Assembly (NCBI GenBank): GCA_043228905.1
Contig: JBHGNT010000021.1
Coordinates: 8,928,001-8,992,000 of the forward strand
Reading direction: 5' to 3'
Origin: Azolla caroliniana
Lineage: Eukaryota; Plantae; Polypodiophyta
Length of the DNA: 64,000 bases
The position numbers were made by a program, and so were the translations under genes. Position 1 is the first letter of the stretch. Every line of letters begins with the position of its first letter. The notes below the pieces were generated by a model that saw only the letters and a program-made list of their open reading frames with translations, ran no database searches and was not told the origin of the DNA. Positions 9,325 through 21,367 of this stretch are shown piece by piece.

Positions 9325-12300
9325 ATCTGTACGATAAAACCGTGTACAATAGGTAGGAAATTTTGCTTCTCCGACAGCGGAGCATGTACGATGGTCGGCA
9401 TCACCGGCCGAGAGAAAACAAAGACGGAGGGGAGACTTCGGGCGTGCGGAGTTCTCGGCTCTGACGAAGGAATCAACGGAGCCGTGGAGGCAGTCTCTTT
9501 CGACGACACCTTGGGAATGCTGGGGAAGGTAGTCGAAGAAGACCTTAACGAAGACCGGACGATACCGGTATGTTCCGAAGAAATGTACGAAGTCATCGCG
9601 GACTTCGGTCGAGGGCTCGAGTCGGAACGGACGGCCCGGGTGAGCACCAAGTACAAGACGGTGGACCGGAAGGTGAGGCCAGTTGCGGCGCCCTTACCGG
9701 AGGGCAGTGAATCCCGGATAAAAGGGGTTGCATCGGACCCCAGCTTACGAGATCGGGCCTGCATAGGACACACCTTCACCAACGAGACGCTCCGCGAGCT
9801 GAAGATCGGTGGGGGCGGGTTCCTACTGCCGGCGGAGGAAGACCGGTTCCGGAGAATGCTCGGAAGGCACGGGAAAGCCTTCGCATTCTCGCCGGAGGAA
9901 ATCGGGTGCGTGGACCCGACGATCGTAGAGCCGATGGTGATATTCACGGTACCGCATGTATCGTGGAATCTCAAGCCAATTTCGGTTCCGAGAGCTCACA
10001 TCCCGAAGTTGATGGAGCTGTTGAAGCAGAAAGTTGATATGGGCATTCTCGAGCCGTCGAGCGCCCCGTATTCAAACCGCTGGTTTACCGTACCAAAGAA
10101 AAACGGATCATTGCGCTTCATTCAGGACCTGCAGCCGGTCAATAGAGTGACCATTCGGAACGCGGGGATCGGACCGACCATAGACGAGTTCGCGGAGGCC
10201 TTCGCCGGAAGGTCGATTTACTCGGTCGGTGATCTATACTCAGGGTATGACCAGTTCCAGCTAGCCGTGGAGAGCAGAGACATTACGACGATGCGAACTC
10301 CCCTCGGCCTAGTGCGGATGTGTACGCTGCCGCAAGGAGGGACCAACTCGGTGGCCCACATGGTGAATGCGATGAACAAGGTGCTGAGGGACTGCATCCC
10401 GAACATCACCATGCCGTTTCTAGACGACATCCCGATCAAGGGATGCCCGGTAGAAGAGAAGGACGAGACGATCGGGCCGGACGGATGCCGGCGATTCGTG
10501 ACGGCGCACATCGACGACTGCGAGAAGGTGCTGCAAAGGCTAGAGGAGGCGAGGCTCACCTTCTCGGGGGAGAAATCAGCCTTCGGGCAGTCGGAAATCA
10601 TGGTGGTCGGACACTTATGTGGGCCATATGGCCGGAAACCGTCTCCGGCAAAGGTAGAAGCCATCTCCGCGATGAAGCCCGACTGCAGCTCGGTCACGGA
10701 AGTGCGAAGATTCCTGGGGGCATGCGCATTCTACCACATATGGATCCCGCATTACGCCCACGTTGCGGAGCCGCTATACGGATTACTGAGGAAAGGGCAA
10801 AGATTCGAATGGCTAGACAAGCACACGGAGTCGGTCCGGAAGCTGAAGGAGGCTCTTTCGGCAGCACCGGCGCTCCGAAAGGCCGTCTACAGGAAGGGCA
10901 CCCCAGTGTACATAACGGTTGACACGAGTCCGACCGGAATCGGGTGGGTCGTCAACCAAGAAGACGAGGACGGCAATCGGTTCCCGATCCGATTCGGTGC
11001 GAAGGTCCTCAGCGAACGGCAGCGAGGATACGCCCAGGTTAAACGCGAACTCTGGGGTATCGTTTCGGCGGTGAAGGCCGACAAGGACTATCTGATCGGG
11101 ACGGAGGTAATCATAGAGACGGATTGCATGCCGATTCTCGGCATGATTTCCGGATGCGCGACGCCGGACCTGGCAATGCTCAGGTGGATAGCGTATATCA
11201 AGTCCCTAGACCCGGTAATACGACACATTTCCGGGAAAGACAACGCCATGGCCGACATGCTTTCAAGGGCGAGATTCGATGACGAGGGCGGCATGGTTTC
11301 GGAGGACGAAGACGTCGGCGTGGACTTCTTCGAGACTGCGTATGTAACAACAGACGGAACAAGCACTCCGGCGCTTAACGACTTCGACGCGAGCAAGTAC
11401 GACGGGGAGTGGCTGCAGATCGGTGGGTTTCTGAAGACAATGACGCCCGATGCGTCATGGACGAAGGACGAGGCCGACCGGATCCGGAAGAAAGCGTACC
11501 GGTTCTTTCTCCGGGATAGCTGTCTATGGAAGCACCCGAAGAAGAAGGACGGCGTTCCGCTCCGGGTGGTGGCGATGAAGGAAGAACAGGAGGAGCTGCT
11601 GACGGCCTACCACGACAGCCCTTGGGCTGGACACCGTGGAACATGGGCTACGTTTGAGAAACTGAAGGGGAAGTATTGGTGGCCGGGGCAGTACCAGGAC
11701 GTGCATCGGTTCGTGACAACTTGCGAGAGCTGTCAGATGCACTCCACAGTCCGACATCGGGACGAGCTTCACCCCACGTACCCTCCGACCATCCACTTCA
11801 AATGGATGGTAGATCTGGTGACGATGCCAATGGGAGTAGGACAGATGCGGTACCTGGTCCTAGCGCGGGAGGATCTGACGAACCAGGTGGAAGGCCGGGC
11901 CCTTCCGAACAAAACAACCGCGGCCGTATGCCGGTTCCTAGTCGAGGACGTGATATGCCGGTATGGGTGCGTCGGAAAGATCGTGGCTGACCGAGGGGAG
12001 TTGGACGCCGAAGAAGCCGCGGAGCTGTTCGACCGGCTGGGAGTCAAGCTCTCGCTCACCACTGCGTACAATCCGGAGGCGAATGGAAAGGTGGAGCGCG
12101 GACACGGACCGATCGTCAAGGCGTTGGTTCGGGCATGCAGAGGCCGAGTCGGTAACTGGCCGCGGCTGCTACCTTATGCTTTGTGGGCGGACCGGACCAC
12201 GCACAGTTCGGTAACCGGGTACATGCCGACGGAGCTCATGTTCGGCCAGAAGCCGATCATGCCGATGGAACGGACGATCTCCTCGTGGGCAACGGTCGAC

Positions 12301-12747
12301 TGGAGGGACGAGATGAGCCGGGAGGAGTTGTTGGCCGCGCGCATACGACAGCTCGAGCGGAGACCGGAGGACGTGGAACTGGCTGCGGAGAAGCTCCGAG
12401 TGGCGAGGAGAAAGAACAAAGCCAGGTTCGACCGAACGCACCGGCTCCGACCGAAGAAAATCGAAGAAGGTGACTGGGTGCTCGTCTACGATAGCAGCCT
12501 CGACAACCAGCACCGAGCTACACGGAAGTTCGCACGAAGGTGGTTCGGGCCTTACGTGGTACGGAGCGCCAATGACAACGGGACATACCACCTGGCGGAA
12601 CTCGACGGCACGAGAATGACGATACCGGTTGCAGGGAAACGGATCAAAGCGTTCAAGAAGCGACACGACGACGAGCCAGACCCGGCTCTCCTGGTCGGCA
12701 GTGACGAACGATCCGAAAACGAGGAAGAACCGACGGGCGAGGAATGA
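9265..12747 (+). CDS. pol: Pol (RT, RNase H, integrase) of element B, in the -1 frame relative to ORF1
   Basis: Frame open from 9229; RT DLYSGYDQ, LPQGGTNS, PFLDD; RNase H VDTSPTGIG; integrase H..GH..CESC, MVDLV/ADRGE/VERGH and a GPY module; no chromodomain. Confidence 0.95.
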   Translation, partial: LERTAKAWGRDSPDAPGKPHICTIKPCTIGRKFCFSDSGACTMVGITGREKTKTEGRLRACGVLGSDEGINGAVEAVSFDDTLGMLGKVVEEDLNEDRTIPVCSEEMYEVIADFGRGLESERTARVSTKYKTVDRKVRPVAAPLPEGSESRIKGVASDPSLRDRACIGHTFTNETLRELKIGGGGFLLPAEEDRFRRMLGRHGKAFAFSPEEIGCVDPTIVEPMVIFTVPHVSWNLKPISVPRAHIPKLMELLKQKVDMGILEPSSAPYSNRWFTVPKKNGSLRFIQDLQPVNRVTIRNAGIGPTIDEFAEAFAGRSIYSVGDLYSGYDQFQLAVESRDITTMRTPLGLVRMCTLPQGGTNSVAHMVNAMNKVLRDCIPNITMPFLDDIPIKGCPVEEKDETIGPDGCRRFVTAHIDDCEKVLQRLEEARLTFSGEKSAFGQSEIMVVGHLCGPYGRKPSPAKVEAISAMKPDCSSVTEVRRFLGACAFYHIWIPHYAHVAEPLYGLLRKGQRFEWLDKHTESVRKLKEALSAAPALRKAVYRKGTPVYITVDTSPTGIGWVVNQEDEDGNRFPIRFGAKVLSERQRGYAQVKRELWGIVSAVKADKDYLIGTEVIIETDCMPILGMISGCATPDLAMLRWIAYIKSLDPVIRHISGKDNAMADMLSRARFDDEGGMVSEDEDVGVDFFETAYVTTDGTSTPALNDFDASKYDGEWLQIGGFLKTMTPDASWTKDEADRIRKKAYRFFLRDSCLWKHPKKKDGVPLRVVAMKEEQEELLTAYHDSPWAGHRGTWATFEKLKGKYWWPGQYQDVHRFVTTCESCQMHSTVRHRDELHPTYPPTIHFKWMVDLVTMPMGVGQMRYLVLAREDLTNQVEGRALPNKTTAAVCRFLVEDVICRYGCVGKIVADRGELDAEEAAELFDRLGVKLSLTTAYNPEANGKVERGHGPIVKALVRACRGRVGNWPRLLPYALWADRTTHSSVTGYMPTELMFGQKPIMPMERTISSWATVDWRDEMSREELLAARIRQLERRPEDVELAAEKLRVARRKNKARFDRTHRLRPKKIEEGDWVLVYDSSLDNQHRATRKFARRWFGPYVVRSANDNGTYHLAELDGTRMTIPVAGKRIKAFKKRHDDEPDPALLVGSDERSENEEEPTGEE

Positions 12748-14033
12748 AGACGGGCCGGTTTTCTCCGTCCCAACTCTCTTGGCGCATACCGGAGGATGCG
12801 CGGTTAGGTGGGGGCGGATGTCGTGAAGAAAACCGTCCATAGGCGGAATCGGCGCACCAAGGCGTGGGAACCGGTTCTTCACGCGCGCACGCTCCAAGTA
12901 GTACATAGAAGCGAATTAGGAGGATAATCGGCAGGAACGGGCCCTAACTCAAGTGGAGACAAAGACCGCGCGAACAGTCTTTTCGGTCGCGCGCGCGAAC
13001 TGTACGAGTCGGCGGCGTAACTACGCGGATGCGTGGAAAAACGGAGCGGATCCCTGTCCAAAAGGGACAGGGAATAAAGCTGACAGGACGGCTTGCTCGT
13101 CGGCCTATATAAGGAGCGGGAAAGAGCTGTTGCAGAGATATCTCGCGCAGAGAGGACGAAGTGCTGCCGGACCGTTTCTGGACGCTTCGCTCTCTGTTTC
13201 CTTCCTTCTTGAGCTCCATAGCTTTCCGTGCAGGGTTCCGAGGAGGCTCGCGCTGTTTTCGAGGAACGCCCGAGTGCTTCCGGCAGCACCTCCGACCAGC
13301 TACAGCCCTTTGAGCGTCGAAGTGAACAGGCATCGACATCTGTTCGCCGGCCTGTTCGGTCGTAACCAACCTGTGCCCCGTCGAGGGTTGTAGTCGTGTT
13401 AGCCGTTTTTCTTAATATACACATTTAGCCATTCGCATCTGTCTGTGTCGGTGTCTGTTCGTGTTCTCCGTGCTGAAGGGCCGTGTCCCTGTGTACCCCC
13501 GGTCCTGCGTAGCCGGTTCTCTCTCTTTCCCCCTCCCTCGCTTGCTCTTTGGTTCGAGACCCCCGCGGTCCCGCCTCGATTCCACACGCACTTGCATAAT
13601 ATCCCGACAACGTGTATACATATTTGATCGTATATATGTGATAAGTAAACATACATGTATATTTGATATTACGTGCTTTCTATCGAATGTTTTCCTTGTC
13701 GGGAAAAGGATCTTGGTGGCTGTCCTCACATTTTTGTGAGAATGGCGTTTTCACCATCCCTTTTTCAACAATTTTTTGTTGACATCCCCGTTGGTCACTT
13801 TGATATTTCGTTACGTAATGAAACAATCATAGACACAATGGTGTTGAGTACGTAGGGTTTAACCCACTTCATGTGAGGTCGCTCCTATGACACACATATC
13901 CACCATCCCTCCCTCATTACATGGATATGATGCCACCATGAGATCATTCTTACAAAAGGCATTCGTAATAACGTAACCATGTGATGGGCCACGTGGGCCT
14001 ATTACGAAAAGAGGCCTCATTTGGCTTGACCAT

Positions 14034-15130
14034 TGTGAAAGTGTTTTTAGAATTCAAGGTATTGAAGTCTATAAGAATATAAGGTATGGTGCGTTCACAT
14101 CCGGAAGGCAAGATCACGAGCTAAGGTCTTGAGGATAAGTCAAACAAAAAGCAAGTCACGTGGAGAAAAGTAAAAGAAGAAAAAAGCGGGCACCAAAATG
14201 CAGTCTACAACGAACACTCATAACTCATTCGTTTGGAAGCCAAATATAATGTGTAAATATGGATTAGAAAGCTTATGACGAGAGCTATCCGTAGCTTTTT
14301 AAAACTCTAAATTTGGAGCATGGATGAGGGAGATATGACGATTAGAAGATCATTGTGTCATAGCTAAGAATAGGAGATGGAAAAGCTGTAAAAAAAGCGT
14401 GGAAAAGAAAGCAAGCGAAACTTATCTACTAGAGGAGAACTTCATATAAAGCAAGAAGAGTGAGGTGGTGAGGAGGAGCCTTTTTCTGGTGGGGTTTTTC
14501 TTGCCTATTCATGTAGTGCGTTTTTTCTAGTGATCAATTCATCCTTGTAGGCTTGAATTAATAAGGAGTGATGATCATAGAAACAAGAGAAAGAAGATAC
14601 ATAAACTCAAGCCTACAAGGATGAATTGATCACTAGAAAAAACGCACTACATGAATAGGCAAGAAAAACCCCACCAGAAAAAGGCTCCTCCTCACCACCT
14701 CACTCTTCTTGCTTTATATGAAGTTCTCCTCTAGTAGATAAGTTTCGCTTGCTTTCTTTTCCACGCTTTTTTTTACAGCTTTTCCATCTCCTATTCTTAG
14801 CTATGACACAACGATCTTCTAATCGTCATATCTCCCTCATCCATGCTCCAAATTTAGAGCTTTAAAAACCTACGGATAGCTCTCTTCACAAACTTTCCAA
14901 CCCATATTTACACATTATATTTGGCTTCCAAACGAATGAGTTATGAGCGTTCGTTGTAGACTGCATTTTGGTGCCCGCTTTTTTCTTCTTTTACTTTTCT
15001 CCACGTGACTTGCTTTTTGTTTGACTTATCCTCAAGACCTTAGCTCGTGATCTTGCCTTCCGGATGTGAACGCACCATACCTTATATTCTTGTAGACTTC
15101 AATACCTTGAATTCTAAAAACACTTTCACA
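14034..15130. repeat. Long inverted repeat, arms 14034-14556 and 14607-15130, 50-bp spacer
   Basis: TGTGAAAGTGTTTTTAGAATTC...GTAGGCTTGA is the reverse complement of TCAAGCCTAC...GAATTCTAAAAACACTTTCACA. Confidence 0.95.
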
Positions 15131-15388
15131 TTTAGCCCTCCCCCTTGCTTTTTTGTGAACCATTTATGGTGAACCCTAAGCTACTAATAAAACTAAAGGT
15201 TCTCCTTCGCCTTATTCATGGCTATAGACAAAGAAGGAGAAGATAAATAGAAAAGAAACAAACTATGTGAGTAAAACCCCCGCTAGTCGATAGGAAAAAC
15301 CTCACACTTCTAAACACACACACATACACATTGACAATTGCCATCACCATCTTTCTCCTTGTCAACACAAAGAAAGAGGTTACAACAA

Positions 15389-17062
15389 TTAGTATATCTT
15401 CATCAACTTTCCAAACAGAAGTAGGTCTATGTGATACATAACTCTTGATAGAAGTAAGCATGTTAACATATGAATAAATCTTTCGAGCGAGCGAACCTTT
15501 TGTACAAATACCTTCAAAGCTTCGAGACTTGTCAGAATTGTCATATTTTGAATTATGTCAATCTTTGCTTCATCAACATGACTTCCTTCTTGGCACACCA
15601 CATTCTCCACATTACCTTGTTTTTTATGTATGACCATTTCATCTAGAATCTCATCTCGAAAAGGAAGCAAAAATAAATCTCGTTTGGTTGAATCATTCAA
15701 GGATTGGAAGTTGACGTCTTTCTCCTTTGGAACAACCACAATAAGTGAGACAAACTTCAAATTCTCCAACTTGATGTGGTGCTTGATGCCTTCTACTCTT
15801 ATCTGTGAATACTCATTTATGAATAACTTTGTAAACTTAAAAAAGAGAGAAATAAACCTTAGATCCTCTTCTCCTTGGACATCGTTTGAAATCATCTTCT
15901 TTTTCCCCTTTAGGGTGATAATACTTTTCTCTTCAATGACTTCTTCTTCCTCCTTAGACACCATGTGGAATGATTTGTTTTCCCTATCCCACGAATATTC
16001 ATCAATTGTTATGCTTTCCTCTTCTTGCTTGCCAATGTCGATAGATGATTCCTTCTCCTTTATACATTTGATTAGTTGTGGTGGATCCTTTGATGGTGAT
16101 AAGTTAATGATACTCCAATCATGCATTACAAGTAAATCTCTTGGCTCTTGGTCAAATTGTTGTTGAAGAGTTGATGCCCACATAACTTTGTTGCTACTCA
16201 ATGCAAATCCAAAACATAAATCATGCACGAACACCTTCATACACTGCAACTTGGCACTTACCAATGCTTCCTTACACGCATTGATCTCCAAAAGCCAATC
16301 TCCAGCTATCACTTCTAGGTTACCTTCTTCATCTTGCAACTTCGTTGTGGGTACTTCACCATCAACAACTTCTTTTGTCATATCTTCCATTTCATCTTGC
16401 ACATATTCATCATCAACCACCATATCACTTGTTGTATCAATAATGTCCTCAACATGATGTACATTGGAATCACCATCCATAACATCGCTTCTCATAACTA
16501 TCTCCTTAGATTCGTCTTTCACATCATCATTCTTTATATCATGGTTGTCCTCATGAACTAGATGGGGGAACTCCACATTCATCACCTCTTCTTCATTGTC
16601 TCTAGAATCACCTTCATAGACATCATTATAACTCCAAAAATTAGAATAATGATATGAGGGAACCTGTTGAATCGGACATTGCAAGTAGGCTGGTTGTTGG
16701 CTCATGACCGATCCACAATTATTATAGCTTGGATTTATGGTATATGACGCCGATAATCCATATGCTTCACCGAATAACAACTTCTTCAATTGTTGATCAT
16801 AACTTTGACATACTCGAAGCAAATCATGGAAAGACCTTGGGTACTTCATATGCACTTCATATTGAAAATATGGATCTAGCCCTGCTTTGAATCTTTCCAT
16901 CTTGAAGTATACATCTTCAACGCCTCCAACAAGTCCAATCCAAGTGGACCATATATCCAAAAACGTCTTCTCATACTCGAGGTAGCACATTGGTGAAACC
17001 ATACGCAATTGGAAAAGTTCTCTTCGTAGATCTGTCGCATCGCGAACTCCATATCTTGCCAT
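15389..17062 (-). CDS. 557-aa Gag-derived fusion with an acidic linker and internally deleted RT fragments (catalytic core absent)
   Basis: ELFQLRMVSP...FKMERFKAGLD matches F gag; HHIKL, IVVVPK, KRDLFLLPFRDEILDE and VFVQKVRSLERFIHML match separated blocks of F RT; no FMDD. Confidence 0.75.
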   Translation of the reverse strand: MARYGVRDATDLRRELFQLRMVSPMCYLEYEKTFLDIWSTWIGLVGGVEDVYFKMERFKAGLDPYFQYEVHMKYPRSFHDLLRVCQSYDQQLKKLLFGEAYGLSASYTINPSYNNCGSVMSQQPAYLQCPIQQVPSYHYSNFWSYNDVYEGDSRDNEEEVMNVEFPHLVHEDNHDIKNDDVKDESKEIVMRSDVMDGDSNVHHVEDIIDTTSDMVVDDEYVQDEMEDMTKEVVDGEVPTTKLQDEEGNLEVIAGDWLLEINACKEALVSAKLQCMKVFVHDLCFGFALSSNKVMWASTLQQQFDQEPRDLLVMHDWSIINLSPSKDPPQLIKCIKEKESSIDIGKQEEESITIDEYSWDRENKSFHMVSKEEEEVIEEKSIITLKGKKKMISNDVQGEEDLRFISLFFKFTKLFINEYSQIRVEGIKHHIKLENLKFVSLIVVVPKEKDVNFQSLNDSTKRDLFLLPFRDEILDEMVIHKKQGNVENVVCQEGSHVDEAKIDIIQNMTILTSLEALKVFVQKVRSLERFIHMLTCLLLSRVMYHIDLLLFGKLMKIY

Positions 17063-17862
17063 TAGTTTGATGATGAATCGGTAGATCCAACCATCAATTA
17101 GTGGACAACCGTTCCTCCCGTTATACAGAAAGGATCGACCCTCCCTGGAGCGCCAAAAATGAAAAGAGAGATATGATGATAGAAAAGAGAGAGAAGGAAG
17201 ATATAGAAACCCAAATCTACAAAGATATATTAATAAGGAGTGATGATCATAGAAACAAGAGAAAGAAGATACATAAACTCAAGCCTACAAGGATGAATTG
17301 ATCACTAGAAAAACACACTACATGAATAGGCAAGAAAAACCCCACAAGAAAAAAGCTCCCCTCACCACCTCACTCTTCTTGCTTTATATGAAGTTCTCCT
17401 CTAGTAGATAAGTTTCGCTTGCTTTCTTTTCCACGCTTTTTTTACAGCTTTTCCATCTCCTATTCTTAGCTATGATACAACGATCTTCTAATCGTCATAT
17501 CTCCCTCGTAGAAGCTCTAAATTTAGAGCTTTAAAAACCTATGGATAGCTCTCTTCACAAACTTTCCAATCCATATTTACACATTATATTTGGCTTCCAA
17601 ACGAATGAGTTATGAGCGTTCGTTGTAGACTGCATTTTGGTGCCCGCTTTTTTCTTCTTTTACTTTTCTCCACGTGACTTGCTTTTTGTTTGACTCATCC
17701 TCAAGACCTTAGCTCGTGATCTTGCCTTCCGGATGTGAACGCACCATACCTTATATTCTTGTAGACTTCAATACCTTGAATTCTAAAAACACTTTCACAC
17801 AAGGTTGCACTTTGGCGTATGCCATTGTAATTATGAGACTTGAGGGTAGGTAACGTACCAAA

Positions 17863-18550
17863 TGTTGGGAATATGTCCCTCTAGTGGGAGGAAGAACCGA
17901 CTGATCGGAAAGCCGACAGTTGATGACAGGGAAGATCTGATTGTTCTGAAAGTTGACAGTCGAAGAGTCGAAAATAGTGAGTCGACTATTATTATTATAG
18001 TAATAATAATAATGATGATGTGTGGAAACAAGTCCCTCCAGATGGGAAAGAGAGAGGAGCCGAGTTGATGAGTGACCAGAAACGAGAAACGTGTATATAG
18101 CCAACTTGGGAGACTATAATTGTAAATAGTCTAAGTGTGTGCGCCCCATGAGGGCTATGTATGTAAATAACCAGAAAATTGCGTAAGTATATACGCAACT
18201 AGGGCAAACTTTAACCGTGTGACAAACAGAGTAGAAACAGAAGTTGTAGTGTGTAGGAGAGCGAGAGAGAGAGAGTGTGTGTGAGCCGTGCCATAGCTGT
18301 GTGAGTAACAACAGACCTGAAGAGCCTTGTGCGGCTGATACACTCGACAAAGTGTTGTATTCCTCTTGGTGTTGTATATCCACTTTGTATAGTGAAGATT
18401 CTGTTCACCCGTGGTTTTCCCCATTTTAGGGTTTCCACGTAAATCTCTGTGCACCATTGTTCATCTTGTCTTTTCTTGGCATATTTCTGTGATTCGTATT
18501 TCAATGCATAGTTCGTTTATTGTGATCTATTCTACAACGATTTCTCAACA
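17863..18550 (+). mobile_element. Ty1/copia solo LTR (related to the C and D LTRs)
   Basis: TGTTGGGA...TCTCAACA termini; approximate TSD CCAAA/CCAAC; GGGTTTCCACGTAAA and TTGTAAATAG motifs shared with the C and D LTRs. Confidence 0.7.
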
Positions 18551-19190
18551 CCAACAAAGTTTGTGGTAAACTAGGGGGAAATAAGGACTCTTGACATATA
18601 TGTTTCTTTTAAAAATATATATATGGGCAAATGCCTTGCATATCTCTTATACGCATGAAACATTAAACATTCAAAAAGAGCAACCTAATTGGTTAGCTCA
18701 AGTGTTTAATGCATTTGTTCTCGAGGTCTCGAGTTTAAATATAACCAAGACCATACAACATTGTTGATACATATTGACTATAACACATGTTCAGACTTGA
18801 GGTCTAAGTGCACTTCAGGGTCCTCGTAATAGGACTTAAAGAGCCGAAACCACATATGTGGGCACCAAAACATAGTTTATTGTTAACATTTTTTTTGTGT
18901 ATAAACTATTCATGACGCGAACATACATGGTTGAGCCTTGGGTAACCGCCATGAAAAAAATTGATATAGAGATCAGGGAAAGATATTTATTTGTCACCCC
19001 CATGGTTTTTAAAACACCTTTGTGTTACCATAGTAACTTGATCTTGAACCTCATCTCATAAGTCTAGAGGGGTATTGACGTGAGATCATGATATCGATTC
19101 ATGTTTGCCCATGATATGTCTACATCACGACATGATGTTATGACTATTTGTCTGACCTTATCCTATTTCTTTGCCAGAAATAACTATTCA

Positions 19191-20695
19191 ATGGCTCAAA
19201 ATAACGACCCGATGTCATCCGCTCAAGCAAAAGGAACTCAAGGAAATCCTCCTGGACAAATTTCCATTGAGATGTGTTTTTCACAAATAAGCCAATACCT
19301 TAGTTTCACCGCTCAACAGATGACCGAACTTCAGCAATCTCAAAGTGCTCTTAAGACACGTGTCATTAGTTTACAACGTGAGACTAATAGACTTGATGAG
19401 CGATAGGGTGAACCATCGTTTGTCATTAAGCCATTTACGGGAGAAAAAAAGGAAAGAACCGAAGAAGCAATCTGCACATGGCTGGGCCGATGGGAGTCTC
19501 ATTTTGAGCTCTATCCCACGTCAGATAGTATGAAGATTGCATATGTCGGCCGAGAACTAGGAGGTAAGGCTGCTGCGTGGTGGCGTAGGCTTCAAACTTT
19601 GGGGAAATTGCTCGATACCTGGATAGATTTTGTCACAGTTTTTAAGGGCCAATTTCAGCAACCTCCCTCTCAAACTGAGGCAACACAAGCTTTAATGAAC
19701 CTCTCTAGCAGGAAGTTTTCCTTGCTAGAAGACTATGTCCACCATGCTAGAACCCAAATCCAAAATTCGGGTCTAGAAGGGGACAATTGGTTAATAGCTT
19801 GTTTTGTCAATGGCATCCCCAATTTGGACTATCACTGGATAGTGCATGATAAGGATCCAAAATCCTTCGAAGAGGCCATTAAAATAGTTCTTCGCTATCA
19901 ACACACTTCGAAGAAGGACCACAACAAACCCAACGAAGCGCCCGGGACTAAGCAGTCACAATTCGCTAGGAAACGCAAGACACCCAACGAATTCATGGAT
20001 CGCGATTGTAAGCAACAACATCCTTTTTGTGTATTTTGAAAAAAGAAGGGTCATACAAAAGAGCAATGTCCAAAGCTCCAACAGAAAGAGCACAACAGCA
20101 AAGCTAAAGCTGCAGACCATAAAGGTCAGATTCCTAATGTCGTTCAAGTCTATACACATCATTTAAGTAATTGTCAATGTTCTTTCCCTCACTATGTATT
20201 CGGTCCCAATGATTTACTACGTGCAAACGGGTATATCAATGGATCTCCTGAACAATTTTTGTTTGATTCGAGAAGCTCACACAACTTTGTGAATGATAGT
20301 TTGGTTCAGATATGGGGAATCCAACCCACCATAAGTGATCACACCTATACGGTGCACTTGGCTAATAGAAGAGTACAATACATCAACGAGGCGATTCATT
20401 CATTAGGAATTTCTATTCATACTTATATAGAGGAAGTAGACTTCCATGTAATGAATCTTTGTACCACTTATGTAATACTGGGTTATCCTTGGTTCTATAA
20501 TAAAAGCTCTTCTTTATCTATTGATTGGGTTCATCAATTAATTACATTTGTACTGAACAATTGTACTCATTTTATTGAATGTGTTAAAAAACAATCTCTT
20601 TCAATTGTTTCCTCTCCATCAATATCTGAGTTGTCTTGTTCTACTCTATTTTATTGTGTACTTGATCTTGACATTCATGTTTACAATATCGATAA
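19191..20695 (+). pseudogene. gag: Host chromovirus gag and protease (stops and frameshifts)
   Basis: LGGKAAAWW, decayed knuckle CVF*KKKGHTKEQC, protease LFDSRSSHNFV and VILGYPW. Confidence 0.85.
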
Positions 20696-21367
20696 TGTTA
20701 GGAAATAGGTCCCTCTGGATGGGAAGTGAGAACCGGATGACGAGTACCCGGCAACGGAAGACCCGGTGAGAACCGGATGTGGCGTACTCGGCAATGGAAG
20801 ACCCGGTGAGGACCGGATGTGGCGTACCCGACAATGGAAGACCCGGTGAGAACCGGGTGTTGCAGGCCCGGTGAGAACCTCTCATCGGATGGAAGGGACA
20901 TATATGTAAATATGTTCTAGAGAGCCCACTGGGGCTATATTTGTAAATAGCCCGAAAGTCATATCAGTATAAATATGACCTACGGCAAAGACGAGGATGT
21001 AGAGTTATTGGTGTAACTTCTGTAACTGTGTACAAAGAAGAGAGAGAGAGAGAGGAAGAGGTTGTTGCCTCTGTTGTAACCGCTTGGTGGCAAAGCGAGG
21101 GAGTAAGAGGTCGTTGCCTCTCTGCCCCATTTTTGTATTACTTTACATAGTGATATTTTGCAGTCTGAGGACTGTCGTAGTTTTTTCCCATAATTGGGTT
21201 TTTCCACGTTAACATCTTGTGCACTCTCTTCTTTACTGTTTCGTGCGTAGATACATCTTCCCACATCCCTTATTTCTGTGATTGATCCAACGTCTCGGTT
21301 GTGGCCGAGCATAGCTTAGGGAACCGTATTCCTGTCAAATTGGTATCAGAGCGAAACGACACCGAAA

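Larger units (their letters stand above)
6308..13609 (+). mobile_element. Element B: intact autonomous non-chromoviral Ty3/gypsy element, tRNA-Trp primed
   Basis: 791-bp LTRs 6308-7098 and 12819-13609 (~2 differences); PBS 7102-7119; PPT GGTGGGGGCGGA before 12819; 4-bp TSD ACGT (6304-6307, 13610-13613); two uninterrupted ORFs. Confidence 0.97.
14034..17799 (-). mobile_element. Element E: rearranged non-autonomous relative of element F
   Basis: 5' LTR 17160-17799; PBS 17139-17155 identical to F; PPT 15131-15146; 3' LTR 14557-15130 lacks its last ~70 bp and is fused to an inverted LTR copy 14034-14556; no TSD (ACCAT / CAAGG). Confidence 0.88.

Noticed and set aside
14034-17799. DNA transposon or foldback element with 523-bp TIRs
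   Set aside because: The inverted ends are LTR sequence with PBS and PPT; there is no transposase and no TSD.
18690-18745. tRNA-derived SINE (TAGCTCAAGTG...GAGTTTAAAT)
   Set aside because: Both boxes are degenerate, spacing is short, and no tail or TSD is visible.
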